Of a DNA stretch of 60,203 nt, positions 37,856-48,261 are shown one piece after another (position 1 is the first letter of the stretch; the number at the start of each line of letters is the position of its first letter). The notes under the pieces are model-generated. The model was not told the DNA's origin and did not search any database. It worked only from the letters and a program-made list of their open reading frames with translations. This DNA comes from an uncultured Fibrobacterota bacterium (GTDB lineage Bacteria > Fibrobacterota > OXYB2-FULL-49-7 > CAYNYI01), in the NCBI GenBank assembly GCA_964401455.1, contig CAYNYI010000003.1, positions 1 to 60,203 on the forward strand, in the 5' to 3' direction. The translations under genes were made by a program, and so were the position numbers.

Positions 37856-38311
37856 TCAGAGCAATAACTCCATTGCGGTTTCATCGCAGGAATCCGGATA
37901 TTTGGGGCAGTTCAGGCAGACTTTCCATATTTTATGCGGAAGATCGTCCTTATCAATAACTTTAAAACCTAATTTTTTAAAAAAATCCGGCTGAAAAGTT
38001 AAAAGAAAGAGCCTCTTTATACCGATCTCGCCGGCATAATCAATAAGAGCCCCGGTAAGGGCAAGCCCGAGACCTTTGCCTTGATACGAAGGCGCAACAG
38101 CAACAGAACCGATTTCTCCCAGTTCATCCCAATAGACATAATTTGCACCCGCCGCTACAACCTCACCGTCTTTTTCGGCTACCAGAAAATCCCGGATATT
38201 TTCATATATGCTATTGAGGCTTTTATGAAGCATAAGACCCTTATCTGCATAATCATTTATCATTTTCTGTATGGCTTTAACGTCGGCAGCCCGGGCTTTT
38301 CTTATTTTCAT
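37856..38311 (-). CDS. GNAT N-acetyltransferase (short ArgA-like amino-acid acetyltransferase type)
   Basis: 151 aa with the acetyl-CoA motif QGKGLGLALTGALIDYA. It also has the C-terminal PHKIWKVCLNCPKYPDSCDE tail seen in short ArgA-like GNATs. Confidence 0.7.
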   Translation of the reverse strand: MKIRKARAADVKAIQKMINDYADKGLMLHKSLNSIYENIRDFLVAEKDGEVVAAGANYVYWDELGEIGSVAVAPSYQGKGLGLALTGALIDYAGEIGIKRLFLLTFQPDFFKKLGFKVIDKDDLPHKIWKVCLNCPKYPDSCDETAMELLL

Positions 38312-38319
38312 CGCAAGAA

Positions 38320-39684
38320 TCAGGAACCTTTGATTCCGTACCTTTCCATTTTGCGGTATAATGTAGAAGGATCAATACCCAGAATTTCAGCGGCTTTGTA
38401 TTTTTTTCCGCCGGACTTTTTCAATACCCAGAAAATATAGGCCTTTTCCATTTCCTCAAGAGGGGCGATCTTGACCTCGTCTTCGGAAGAAGTTACCGCG
38501 GATGATATTCCGGAGCTGCTTTTATTTTTCATTCTGGACGGCAAATCCTCAGGAGTAATCGAGTTTCCGGACTGCATTGTTACGGCCCGTTCAATTACAT
38601 TTTCAAGTTCCCTGACATTACCCGGCCAGGAATATTTATCCATTAACTCTCTAGCCCCGGAAGAAAACTCGCGCAATATTTTACCGGGAGAGTGTTTTTC
38701 CAGGAAATGTTTTATAAGGATATCAAGGTCTCCGCCTCTCTCGCGAAGAGGAGGCACACTAACCGAAAGGACATTAAGACGATAATACAGATCTTCTCTG
38801 AATTTTCCGGAAGAGGTTTCTTTTTCAAGATTTTTATTGGTCGCCGCGATTATTCTGGCGTTTACCTCAACCGGGTCTGTCCCACCGACAGGGGTTACAC
38901 GGTTATTTTCAACAACGTGAAGCAGCTTGGCCTGTACCGATAATGGTATTTCCCCAATTTCATCAAGAAAGACAGTACCACCGTTCGCGGCAGCGAAAAG
39001 CCCTTCCTTATTCCTTACGGCTCCGGTAAAAGAACCTTTCAGATGACCGAAAAGTTCACTTTCAAGAAGACTTTCGGGAAGAGCCGCACAGTTAATCTCA
39101 ACAAAGGGTTTTTCCCTTCTCGGACTTTCTGTATGAATTGCCCTTGCGACCATTCCTTTTCCTGTTCCGCTTTCACCATAAATCAGAATATTTCCGTCAG
39201 AATCGGAAACTTTTGAAATAAACTCCCGTATTCCCTTTATCTCGGGAGAGCGGCCTATCAAGGACTTATCAGAAACAAAGTGCAGCTGTTTTTTGAGTTC
39301 TTTATTCTCTTGTCTAAGCCTCGAATTGTCAACGGCCTTATTGATTACAGCGCGTAACGTCTGAGCCTTGAAGGGTTTTGTAATAAAATCCGAGGCGCCC
39401 TGCTTCATCGCCTCAACAGCAATATCTATTGAGCCGTATGCCGTCATCAATATAGAAGGAATCTCGGGATTTTTTTCCTTAACGGCCTTAAGAACGTCCA
39501 TTCCCGAACCTGTCTTAAGCTTAAGATCGATAACCGCGATACTGAACTCTCTGCTGCGGATTAACTTTTCGGCCTCCATAGAGTCTTCGGCGGTAATCGA
39601 GTCGAATCCCATTTTCGATGCAACTATGGAAACAACTTCTCTTACATTTTGTTCATCGTCTACTATTAGTATTGTATTCTGCAT
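38320..39684 (-). CDS. Sigma-54-dependent response regulator (NtrC family)
   Basis: REC domain (ILIVDDEQNV ... AVIDLKLKTGSG), AAA+ sigma54-activation domain (GESGTGKG, ESELFGH, GSFTGA) and a C-terminal Fis-type HTH (AAEILGIDPSTLYRKM). Confidence 0.9.
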   Translation of the reverse strand: MQNTILIVDDEQNVREVVSIVASKMGFDSITAEDSMEAEKLIRSREFSIAVIDLKLKTGSGMDVLKAVKEKNPEIPSILMTAYGSIDIAVEAMKQGASDFITKPFKAQTLRAVINKAVDNSRLRQENKELKKQLHFVSDKSLIGRSPEIKGIREFISKVSDSDGNILIYGESGTGKGMVARAIHTESPRREKPFVEINCAALPESLLESELFGHLKGSFTGAVRNKEGLFAAANGGTVFLDEIGEIPLSVQAKLLHVVENNRVTPVGGTDPVEVNARIIAATNKNLEKETSSGKFREDLYYRLNVLSVSVPPLRERGGDLDILIKHFLEKHSPGKILREFSSGARELMDKYSWPGNVRELENVIERAVTMQSGNSITPEDLPSRMKNKSSSGISSAVTSSEDEVKIAPLEEMEKAYIFWVLKKSGGKKYKAAEILGIDPSTLYRKMERYGIKGS

Positions 39685-39688
39685 CTTA

Positions 39689-40930
39689 CTAAACGTTTTC
39701 GCCCCTAATCAGGTCTTCATATGTTTCGCGGCTTCTTATGGTCCTGAATGAAGATCCATCCACCAACACCTCTGCCGGCCGCGTGCGCGAATTATAATTG
39801 GAGGACATTGAAAAGCAATATGCTCCGGCGCTTTGTGCTGTTATTAAATCTCCCTGGCGCATAATCTCGGCTTCCCGGTCTATAGCGCTGAAATCGGAAC
39901 TCTCACATACGGGCCCTACAACATCAACGGTTTCTTTACCTTCATTTCTTTTATGAACAGGAACTATACCATGATAACTGCCGTAAAAAGGAGGTCTTAT
40001 AAGCTCATTCATGCTGAAATCAGTTATAAGAAATGTTTTTACAGCTGTCTTCTTTTTATAAACAATCGTACCGGCAAGGATACCGGAATTGCCGCTTATA
40101 TAACGACCAGGCTCCAAAATCAGCTTTTCTGAACGACTTTTAAAAAACGGCGTAAGTATCTCTGCCAGATCGGCAGGTTTAAACGGATTTTCATTTTCAT
40201 AAACGATAGCGACTCCGCCTCCCATATCTATATATTCAAGGTTTATTCCCTGCTCCCGAAGATTGTCGCAAAGGGCGGTAAGTTTTTTAGCGGCCTTTAG
40301 GTACGGGTCTGTTTTGTATATGGGCGACCCCAGATGACAATCCACACCCTTCACATCAACGTTCTCCATCGAGGACGCTTTCGCGAAGAACTCCGGAGCG
40401 TTTAAAATAGGTATTCCAAATTTTTTATCCTTCTTTGCAGTAGTTGTATAGGCATGCGTTTCTGCGTCAATATCCGGATTAACCCTGAAGGAAAGCGGGG
40501 CGCGAACTCCTTTTCTTCCCGCTATTTCGTTAATCCGCTCCGCTTCTTCCATGGATTCAGCGTTAAAAAGTAATATTCCCGAGTCAATCGCATACTCTAT
40601 TTCATCGTCTCTTTTTCCCACGCCTGCGTATACTGTCTTTTCCGGGGGGATACCCGCTTTCAGAGTTCTGAAAAGTTCTCCGCCCGAAACAATATCTGCG
40701 CCGCTTCCTTTGCCGGCAAGCAGTTTGAGAATAGAAAGGTTTGAACAGCCTTTGACAGAATAACAAATAAGCGGCTCGGTTCCGGAAAAAGCCGACCGCA
40801 TGCTGTCAAACCTTTCCCTGAATTCAGACGCACTGTAAATAAAACACGGAGAGCCTGACTTCCCGATTATATCAGAAACGGCAGCATCCTCACAATACAA
40901 ATCATTTTCTTTATAATAAAAAGAAGACAT
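39689..40930 (-). CDS. lysA: Diaminopimelate decarboxylase
   Basis: 413 aa. PLP-lysine region ICYSVKGCSN, glycine-rich DMGGG and GPVCESSD. It ends with TAG. Confidence 0.9.
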   Translation of the reverse strand: MSSFYYKENDLYCEDAAVSDIIGKSGSPCFIYSASEFRERFDSMRSAFSGTEPLICYSVKGCSNLSILKLLAGKGSGADIVSGGELFRTLKAGIPPEKTVYAGVGKRDDEIEYAIDSGILLFNAESMEEAERINEIAGRKGVRAPLSFRVNPDIDAETHAYTTTAKKDKKFGIPILNAPEFFAKASSMENVDVKGVDCHLGSPIYKTDPYLKAAKKLTALCDNLREQGINLEYIDMGGGVAIVYENENPFKPADLAEILTPFFKSRSEKLILEPGRYISGNSGILAGTIVYKKKTAVKTFLITDFSMNELIRPPFYGSYHGIVPVHKRNEGKETVDVVGPVCESSDFSAIDREAEIMRQGDLITAQSAGAYCFSMSSNYNSRTRPAEVLVDGSSFRTIRSRETYEDLIRGENV

Positions 40931-41046
40931 AATGTAAACCCTTTATAAAATAAGCCCAATAAACCTGAATAAAGATAATAAAAATGAGGAATAGAAATAA
41001 AGATATAACGGGAATGTAATTTCCCAAAAACAGTAAATACGAGGGA

Positions 41047-41727
41047 CTACCAGTTTTTAAGAGCTTCTTCCGTATTGCTGTAAACAGGGATATAATTTCT
41101 GACGCTGCATACGTCCATAAGCTCAAGCAGAATCTCCGATGCCCCGCATATGCGGACCGAGCAGTTATTGATTCCGCATTTCTTATAAAGCGCCAGTATT
41201 TCCGCCACTGCCTCACTGTCTATGAATGTTATTTCCGAGAAATCCAAAAGAAAACGGTCGGAATCTTTGAGTGCTTTTTCATAAATCATTCGAAAAAGCC
41301 TTGTGTCGGCAGGTTTATTCATTATTCCTGAAAAAATAAATTTTGAGATACCGTTTACGAGCTCAAAATCAAGCTCAAGACCGAGATCAACCACTGACTC
41401 ATCTTCCTCGTCTTTGCCTTCCGGATCATTCACACTAATATTAAGGACCTTGTCAAGTGATGATAATTGAAAGGTTTCGATATCCTCAGGCTTAGGATTT
41501 ATGATAAGCACCTTCTGACCCTTCTCATCCAACTCGCGGGTTATTCTTACAAGCATACCGAGCATCATGCTGGTGAGATCTTCAGTTTCAGCCAAATCAA
41601 CTTTTACCTCTTTTACTTCGTTATCCTCGCAGACTTTACGGGCAAAATCCAGGAAGTCCCTTCCGCTCTTTGTGTTCAGAGTTCCTAAACTTAGAATAAC
41701 CGAGTCGTTTTTCTGAGTAATTTCCAA
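41047..41727 (-). CDS. Tandem STAS-domain protein (anti-sigma-antagonist / MlaB-like fold)
   Basis: Two STAS-like halves joined by an acidic linker. The second carries DFSEITFIDSEAVAEIL, the position of the phosphorylatable Ser in SpoIIAA-like proteins. Confidence 0.65.
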   Translation of the reverse strand: MEITQKNDSVILSLGTLNTKSGRDFLDFARKVCEDNEVKEVKVDLAETEDLTSMMLGMLVRITRELDEKGQKVLIINPKPEDIETFQLSSLDKVLNISVNDPEGKDEEDESVVDLGLELDFELVNGISKFIFSGIMNKPADTRLFRMIYEKALKDSDRFLLDFSEITFIDSEAVAEILALYKKCGINNCSVRICGASEILLELMDVCSVRNYIPVYSNTEEALKNW

Positions 41728-41833
41728 AACTATTGCTCCCGGGTTATTTCATCTAAAATAATTTGGTATATTGGTATCACTTAAATTATACATTATTTTG
41801 CGAATAAATCAAGAATTAAAAAGACATCGTCTT

Positions 41834-42799
41834 TTATTTTTTGGACGGTTTACGACTGTGCTTTCTACCAATGTGGAGGTTCACCGGCAAACGCGCTTTC
41901 TTATTTTTTATGTGTGTAAGGAGCCCCTTTACCGAAGCGAGAACATCCGTCATTTCACGGTAAAACAGTGAATCGTTTATTATTGCGCCGGCATATCCTT
42001 TACCGCTGTCAACCCGGGCAGCAAAAACCGCCGCGGTATCAATATAAGGTGAAAGATTTTTGAGCCCGCTATTTACTTTATCAATATATTTATTCAGTGT
42101 ATCAATGTCTTTACCTATTCTTCCCCTCGCTGTATAAGAGAATTCAGCGGCATCTCTACTTAAACTGCCGAGCTGATTTATACTGCGGCTCCATTCTTCC
42201 TTGTTGCCCATAATGAATGTCTCAATTCCGGCTGACAATTCACCCAGGGCCGAGGCCATTTTCGTGAACTGAACAGTAAATTTCTCTTCACCGCTTTCCG
42301 GGTCTCCTTCAACAAAGGATCTGATTTCGGATAAAGCGGAATCAACAGTCTCCTTGAGCATTACCGCTCTGGGTATTTTTTCCGCGATCCCCGCTAAAAA
42401 TTTCCCGTCAAGAGTATCCGCCGGACTGACCGATGCTCCTGAGTCTCCCGGGACGAGGTTTATAATCCTGTCTCCCATGAGTCCTACATCCTCATTAAGG
42501 ACTTTGTAATTCTCGCGGATCTTAATGCCCTTGTGAATTTTCATCTCAATCAGGGCCTTGCCCGCTTTCGCGTCTCTTGTGATCCGGCTCACAAGACCTC
42601 TTTCAACACCCATTATCTTTACGGGATTCTCAAGCTTGAGATTACCGATATCCTCAAACCTGACAAAGACTTTCCGATAGACTCTTACTCTTGTCCTGTA
42701 AATACTAGAAATAAAACTGATACAAGTCAGCAAGATAACAGCTATAATAACTGTTCCGGTAACACGGTCTCTTTTCTGCCAGTATCCGAGTTTTTTCAT
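41834..42799 (-). CDS. MlaD/MCE-domain protein
   Basis: N-terminal TM helix followed by an MCE-like beta-barrel segment (VRFEDIGNLKLENPVKIMGVERGLVSRI) and a long helical C-terminus. Confidence 0.7.
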   Translation of the reverse strand: MKKLGYWQKRDRVTGTVIIAVILLTCISFISSIYRTRVRVYRKVFVRFEDIGNLKLENPVKIMGVERGLVSRITRDAKAGKALIEMKIHKGIKIRENYKVLNEDVGLMGDRIINLVPGDSGASVSPADTLDGKFLAGIAEKIPRAVMLKETVDSALSEIRSFVEGDPESGEEKFTVQFTKMASALGELSAGIETFIMGNKEEWSRSINQLGSLSRDAAEFSYTARGRIGKDIDTLNKYIDKVNSGLKNLSPYIDTAAVFAARVDSGKGYAGAIINDSLFYREMTDVLASVKGLLTHIKNKKARLPVNLHIGRKHSRKPSKK

Positions 42800-43554
42800 T
42801 CAGTTTCTTTTCCGTCTTCCATGTCAATTTTTTCTTCAGTCCAGTATTCAGCCATGGTCTCAATTATTTCTTTTTTTACGGCCTCAACTTCATCAGGACT
42901 GACACCGGTTTTAAGACCTACAGCGTTTATATCGGCTGCGGACAGAAGCTCGGTAGCTATTTTCGCCTTTTTGTTTACAGCCGCGGCTTCTACAGGCTTA
43001 TCTTCTTTTTCCATAATGTTAAGCTGGTGTTCAAGAAAACCTTCAAGGTCGGCGCCGGGTTTAAAACCTTTTCCAATGAACCTGACTATCCCCTTCTTGT
43101 CAACCATAAAAAGCACAGGCAAACTTTCAACACCGTATTTTTCAGCAGTCTTTCTGTATTTATCTATGAGAACACTTACCTTGCCTACCGGAATTTTCAT
43201 GTTCTCCGCAAACGGCTTTACTTTGGATACCCCTTCTTTATCGATGCTGATCAGAATGAGTTTTGTGTTGTCCCGGTGTTTGCTCGCAAATTTAATAAGA
43301 TGTGGAATTTCTTCCTTACAGGGTTTGCAATAAGTGGCCCAAAAACTGATTATGAGATTGTATTTTTCTGCATTACCCCGGCGGCGGCGGAGCTCTTTTC
43401 CGCAATAGTCCCTGATAGAGACCATTTCACCGTCCAATGATTTCAGATAAAAAAGAGGCGCCCGTTCTCCTACGGCGATAGCTTCAGATTCCGAGGATAA
43501 AACCAAAAATATCAATAAAAGAAAAAACCCATTGAAAAAACTAACGGATTTCAT
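42796..43554 (-). CDS. Exported TlpA/ResA-like thioredoxin-fold protein with a C-terminal extension
   Basis: Signal peptide and the CxxC active site in FWATYCKPCKEEIP. An extra ~90 aa of acidic or helical tail follows. It overlaps the MlaD gene start by ATGA. Confidence 0.75.
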   Translation of the reverse strand: MKSVSFFNGFFLLLIFLVLSSESEAIAVGERAPLFYLKSLDGEMVSIRDYCGKELRRRRGNAEKYNLIISFWATYCKPCKEEIPHLIKFASKHRDNTKLILISIDKEGVSKVKPFAENMKIPVGKVSVLIDKYRKTAEKYGVESLPVLFMVDKKGIVRFIGKGFKPGADLEGFLEHQLNIMEKEDKPVEAAAVNKKAKIATELLSAADINAVGLKTGVSPDEVEAVKKEIIETMAEYWTEEKIDMEDGKETE

Positions 43555-43571
43555 AAAAGCCCTTTCTATTC

Positions 43572-44375
43572 TTATATTTCTGACAGTTCTATTGAGCGTA
43601 TCCTTGCCGCCTCAACGCAACTTTTCATTAACGACCTAAGACCGGAATTAACGAGAACCTCAAGCCCTTTTTCTGTGGTTCCTCCCGGGGATGTTACTTT
43701 TTTTCTGAGTTCCTCGGGAGATTCTTCAGTATTTTTTAATAAACTTACGGAGCCGAAAACAGTTTCCACTACCATTTCCACGGCCTGTTCAGCGGGTATA
43801 CCCGCATCGGCGGCGGCCCCCGCCCATGCTTCTATAAATGCATACAGATATGCCGGTCCGCTCCCGCTGACAGCCGTAACGGCGTCCATCAGAGATTCAT
43901 CATCATACAGATATACCTTTCCGGAGCACTTCATTATCTTCTCGGCATAATACAAAGCTTCTCCGCTTCCGCAAATTCCTGAAACGCCCCTTCCGATCAA
44001 CGCCGGGGTATTGGGCATAACTCTTGCCGTGCTTTCAACACCCTGAAAAAGAGAGGCAACTCGCTCAATTTTAATACCGGCCATTATTGAAATAACGGCC
44101 TTGCCGGCAAATGTCCTCTCTTTAAGTACGCCGGAAAGCATGGAAAAATCCTGTGGTTTTACACAAACAACAATTACAGAAGACCTGTCGCATAACTCCT
44201 CAGCGTTCTCCACCATCTGAGCCCCTGTAATTTTTCCAACAAGTTCCGCGGTTTCTCCGCTCTTTTCGGCAAAGAGTATATTCTCTTTTTTAAACCCGCC
44301 CTTTTTAATCATACCTCTCATAAGGGCATTGCCCATATTCCCGGCACCGATAAAACCAATTTTAAGATTTTCCAT
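43572..44375 (-). CDS. proC: Pyrroline-5-carboxylate reductase
   Basis: Start chosen at MENLKIGFIGAGNMGNAL (Rossmann GxGxxG). The C-terminal motif is VTSPGGTTEKGL. The longer track ORF (to 44459) would run into the rho terminator. Confidence 0.9.
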   Translation of the reverse strand: MENLKIGFIGAGNMGNALMRGMIKKGGFKKENILFAEKSGETAELVGKITGAQMVENAEELCDRSSVIVVCVKPQDFSMLSGVLKERTFAGKAVISIMAGIKIERVASLFQGVESTARVMPNTPALIGRGVSGICGSGEALYYAEKIMKCSGKVYLYDDESLMDAVTAVSGSGPAYLYAFIEAWAGAAADAGIPAEQAVEMVVETVFGSVSLLKNTEESPEELRKKVTSPGGTTEKGLEVLVNSGLRSLMKSCVEAARIRSIELSEI

Positions 44376-44457
44376 ATTTTTCCCGTATTTAAATTTTCTT
44401 AAAATAAAAGATAAATCTTTTCGTATTGTCTCAAAAACAAATCTTTTAAAACAGGAC

Positions 44458-44488
44458 AAAAAAAAAGCCTTCCCGTTTTCGGAAAGGC
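44458..44488 (-). terminator. Rho-independent terminator downstream of rho
   Basis: Minus strand reads GCCTTTCC-gaaaac-GGGAAGGC followed by nine U residues. Confidence 0.7.
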
Positions 44489-44509
44489 TTTCCGGGAATT
44501 ATGACCCGA

Positions 44510-45985
44510 TCAGCTTTTCATACTTAGAAGAAACTGGTCGTTATCCTTTGAGTCTTTAAGCTTGCCGCTCAAAAACTCCATTACCTCTACGGCATTCATA
44601 TCGTTAAGGTACTTCCTTAAAACCCACATCATATTAAGATGCTCGGCCTTCAAAAGAAGTTCTTCTTTTCTGGTGCCTGAACGCTGAATATCTATTGCGG
44701 GGTAGACTCTTTTATCACTTATTTTACGGTCCAGCACAAGCTCCATATTTCCTGTTCCCTTGAACTCTTCAAAAATAACTTCATCCATTTTGGAACCCGT
44801 CTCAATAAGAGCGGTAGCGATTATGGTAAGACTGCCGCCATTCTCAATATTCCTCGCAGCTCCGAAAAATCTTTTTGGTCGCTGCAGCGCTGTTGAGTCA
44901 ACGCCGCCGGAAAGTATCCTGCCGGAATGAGGGACAACATTATTATAGGCTCTGGCCAGTCTGGTAATGCTGTCCAGCAGTATTACCACATTATGTTGAT
45001 GTTCAACCAGTCTTTTGGCTCTTTCAATAACCATCTCGGAAACCTGGACATGTCTTTCATAAGGTTCGTCAAATGTAGAAGAAACAATTTCTCCATCGAC
45101 CGACCTTTCCATATCGGTAACTTCCTCCGGCCTTTCGTCTATTAAAAGAACTATGAGTTTAACATCTTTATGGTTCGCGGTGATGGCATTGGCGATATTC
45201 TTGAGTAGAACAGTTTTACCTGTTCTCGGAGGAGCGACTATAAGCCCCCGCTGCCCCTTGCCTATCGGACAGAGCATATCCATAACCCTTGTGGAAATCT
45301 CGTCTTTTTTAAATTCAAGATTAAGCTTTTCATCAGGATGTAGCGGAACAAGGTTTTCAAAGCTGATTTTCTTTTTACATTCCTCGGGCTCGGCCTCATT
45401 TATATGTTCTACCTTGAGAAGGGCGAAATAACGTTCCGAATCCTTCGGGGGGCGTACCTGTCCTTCAATAAAATCACCGGTTTTCAGATCAAATCTTTTT
45501 ATTTGAGAAGGTGAGACATAGATATCATCGGAACCAGGAAGGTAGTTATGCTTTGGAGACCGCAGAAAGCCAAAACCGTCGGGCATAATTTCTATCACAC
45601 CGTTATCATTTATTATGCCGTTTTCTTTGGCGTGGGCTTCCACTATTTTAAAAATGATACCCTGGCGTCCGAGATTTCTGTATTCGGTAATCTTAACGCT
45701 TTCGGCGAACTCGGAGAGCTCTTCTATTGTCATGGCCTTGAGTTTGGCCACATCAAGACCTCGACCGTCCCCGAAAACGCCTTTTCCGTTTGGAACATAA
45801 TTACTGTTTGAATAAGTACGTTCATGACCGGAATTTGATCCGGAAGAGGTTGAACGCCTGTGCACGGTCCTGTGATCGTTACGACCGCTGTTTCTGTTAC
45901 TACCCCGGCTGTTATCGTGACCGTTGTCTGGCCGGTTGTTTCTGGAGGATGTTTTTGTTCTGGGAGAGTCTGTGTCTTTTGGCAT
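44510..45985 (-). CDS. rho: Transcription termination factor Rho with an N-terminal low-complexity extension
   Basis: Walker A APPRTGKT, an RNA-binding CSD-like domain (FGFLR) and a conserved C-terminal ATPase. The first ~70 aa are R/S/N/G-rich. Confidence 0.95.
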   Translation of the reverse strand: MPKDTDSPRTKTSSRNNRPDNGHDNSRGSNRNSGRNDHRTVHRRSTSSGSNSGHERTYSNSNYVPNGKGVFGDGRGLDVAKLKAMTIEELSEFAESVKITEYRNLGRQGIIFKIVEAHAKENGIINDNGVIEIMPDGFGFLRSPKHNYLPGSDDIYVSPSQIKRFDLKTGDFIEGQVRPPKDSERYFALLKVEHINEAEPEECKKKISFENLVPLHPDEKLNLEFKKDEISTRVMDMLCPIGKGQRGLIVAPPRTGKTVLLKNIANAITANHKDVKLIVLLIDERPEEVTDMERSVDGEIVSSTFDEPYERHVQVSEMVIERAKRLVEHQHNVVILLDSITRLARAYNNVVPHSGRILSGGVDSTALQRPKRFFGAARNIENGGSLTIIATALIETGSKMDEVIFEEFKGTGNMELVLDRKISDKRVYPAIDIQRSGTRKEELLLKAEHLNMMWVLRKYLNDMNAVEVMEFLSGKLKDSKDNDQFLLSMKS

Positions 45986-46205
45986 AATAAAAAAATGTTT
46001 GAATTAAAGAATATTTGTTGATGACAGAATAATCAAATTTCCGGGATAAGAAATATTTTTCAAAATTATAACGCGATATACCTCTGCAGGATAATTTAAA
46101 GGCTCAAGAGTTTTGGAATTTATTTCTGAGAAATATTTAATTGAACTGTGTACCTAAATATGACATAATTATTAATGATTGTCAAGATATTTTTATTCCC
46201 GGCTG

Positions 46206-47468
46206 TCAGTTAAAAATAACATCCATTGTATCGTTCCAAAGGGTGTCTGCACCGTCTTCCTGACCGATGAGGACTTTTATAGTATCAGGGGCGTCGGGAA
46301 TACTTGAAAAAGCAGAGTAGTTTTTGAAACAGCTGACCGGATAATCCTCATATTCATCAAGCGCTCTTATAACAGCCTTATCTCCGTTTACATCGAAATA
46401 GTGCCGGTAATACAGAAGAAAAGATGAACCGCTGCCTGTGAGGACGGTTTCTTCATTGATGAAATACGGAAGGGACTCATAAGCGAGTCTTTTTTGGTCG
46501 GAAGTGTCTGTACGAACCAGACGGAAGCCGGTCCACGGATTCCCGTCTTCAGAAGACATACTGTCAATATGATCCGTCAGGCAATAAATTTCAGAGGCAG
46601 CATATGAGCCTCCCCTTACAATTCTGTATTCACCCGTCCCCGGCTCCGTAAAATTCCAGTAAGGCAGAGCAGTATCCTTTTTAACGAAGCTTTCGGAAAC
46701 TCCTGTAAAAATAATCGCGCTGTCTCTTTCCTGAAAAACATCCGTACAGAATTCAGCTACATTTCCGGAAAGATGATAAATTCCGTATACATTGGGCTTA
46801 TAGGAATCCGTTTTCTGAGGAGCACCTCCGGGTTCTCCGAAAACCACGGACTCCCGATCCAGGCTGCCGTCCGAAGTACCGTACTGATAAGCGTTCGGGC
46901 CTCCTCTTGCCGCCCATTCCCATTCATTTGAAGCCGGTAGACGAAAACCCGGCTTGGTTATGTCGCATGTCCAGTCGGTTGTATCATAGCATACTGCGCC
47001 CGGCCCCATTTCCTCAGTTGTGAGCCACACCGCGAAGCGCACAGCTTCTTTCCATGATATATTGCGTACGGGCAGCTCCGAAGAATCCGAAGGAGAAAAA
47101 CCGGAATATCTTTCGGTGCATCCGGTAGTATCGCCTGACAGGGTAGTATCACAGGAAACAGTATCAAGAGGCTCGCCGTACGCGTTTGTATCAGCGCCCG
47201 AACTCCGTCCGGTATGCCACAGATATCTTGAATAATCTAAATTTGAAACTTCGGCGGTGTCCATGTAGAAAGAGGATACTTTTATTCTCCGACCTGTTTC
47301 ATCTTTATAGCTTCCCCCCCCAATATAAGCAAACCCCCCGGAGTATAGTTTTTCGTAAACGCTGTCCCGGGAATCAGCCGTCGGAGAATTTGAAGACTCA
47401 GAGCAGCCTTGTCCGATTAAGAATGCCACCGGCAAACTTAGAAAAATATGTATGAGCTTATTTATCAT
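46206..47468 (-). CDS. Exported FGE/SUMF1-domain (formylglycine-generating-enzyme-like fold) protein
   Basis: WEWAARGG, GNVAEFC, RIVRGGSY and GFRLVR are FGE-sulfatase-fold motifs. Start chosen at [22 protein letters not shown] (47468), which overlaps the tpiA stop region by 11 nt. Confidence 0.75.
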   Translation of the reverse strand: MINKLIHIFLSLPVAFLIGQGCSESSNSPTADSRDSVYEKLYSGGFAYIGGGSYKDETGRRIKVSSFYMDTAEVSNLDYSRYLWHTGRSSGADTNAYGEPLDTVSCDTTLSGDTTGCTERYSGFSPSDSSELPVRNISWKEAVRFAVWLTTEEMGPGAVCYDTTDWTCDITKPGFRLPASNEWEWAARGGPNAYQYGTSDGSLDRESVVFGEPGGAPQKTDSYKPNVYGIYHLSGNVAEFCTDVFQERDSAIIFTGVSESFVKKDTALPYWNFTEPGTGEYRIVRGGSYAASEIYCLTDHIDSMSSEDGNPWTGFRLVRTDTSDQKRLAYESLPYFINEETVLTGSGSSFLLYYRHYFDVNGDKAVIRALDEYEDYPVSCFKNYSAFSSIPDAPDTIKVLIGQEDGADTLWNDTMDVIFN

Positions 47469-48216
47469 ACTCAAATATCTGCCTGAAATCCTCGGCCTTG
47501 AGAGCGGCTCCACCTATCAGCCCGCCGTCTATATCAGGTTTGGAGAGAAGCTCTGCCGCGTTAGCGCCTTTCATGCTTCCACCGTACTGTATACGTATGC
47601 TGTCCGCGGTTTCTTCATCATAAAGTTCTTTTAGAAGAGTATTTCTAATGAATGAATGTACCTCCTGAGCCTGCTCCGGAGTTGCGGTAAGCCCAGTTCC
47701 TATGGCCCAGACCGGCTCATAAGCGACTACTGTCTTGAGGGCTTCTTCTTTTGAAAGACCTTCGTAGGCGCCTTTTACATGAGAAGCCACAACCTGTTCT
47801 GTTTTATCGGATTCCCGTTCTTCTTTAAGCTCACCGACGCAGATAATAGGTAAAAGCCCTCCGGCAAGGGCGGCTTTAACCTTTTTATTGACAGTTTCAT
47901 TGGTCTCCCCGAAATACTGGCGCTGTTCCGAGTGACCGATAATTACATATTTAACACCTGCCGATTTAAGCATATCAACAGAAATCTTACCCGTAAAAGC
48001 GCCCTTTTCCTCCCAGAACACATCCTGGGCCCCGAGATCTACATTCGAATCTTTTATTACTTCCTGAACCGGTGCCAGACACACATAATTTGGGCATACT
48101 GCAATGTCTATTCCGTCATTACCCGCCGCGGCTTCGGCAACCCCCTTGGCCAGCTCTACCGCTTCAGGCACATTCTTGTTCATTTTCCAGTTTCCGGCTA
48201 TAATCTTTCTTCTCAT
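47458..48216 (-). CDS. tpiA: Triosephosphate isomerase
   Basis: AGNWKMN, IIGHSERR-like (IIGHSEQR), and [11 protein letters not shown]. Confidence 0.95.
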   Translation of the reverse strand: MRRKIIAGNWKMNKNVPEAVELAKGVAEAAAGNDGIDIAVCPNYVCLAPVQEVIKDSNVDLGAQDVFWEEKGAFTGKISVDMLKSAGVKYVIIGHSEQRQYFGETNETVNKKVKAALAGGLLPIICVGELKEERESDKTEQVVASHVKGAYEGLSKEEALKTVVAYEPVWAIGTGLTATPEQAQEVHSFIRNTLLKELYDEETADSIRIQYGGSMKGANAAELLSKPDIDGGLIGGAALKAEDFRQIFEYDK

Positions 48217-48261
48217 TTTTATTTCCTTTCAAACATATATTTCTATTATTGTAGTTGATGT

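Noticed and set aside
40911-41216. 101-aa ORF overlapping the lysA start and the STAS gene end
   Set aside because: Its composition is low-complexity and hydrophobic, it lies largely within or antisense-adjacent to better-supported genes, and it has no RBS. It is judged spurious.
46206-47468. FGE/C-type-lectin-fold protein as a diversity-generating retroelement target
   Set aside because: The window has no reverse transcriptase and no template-repeat copy of the C-terminal region. The region around RIVRGGSY lacks the Asn/AAC-rich variable-repeat pattern.
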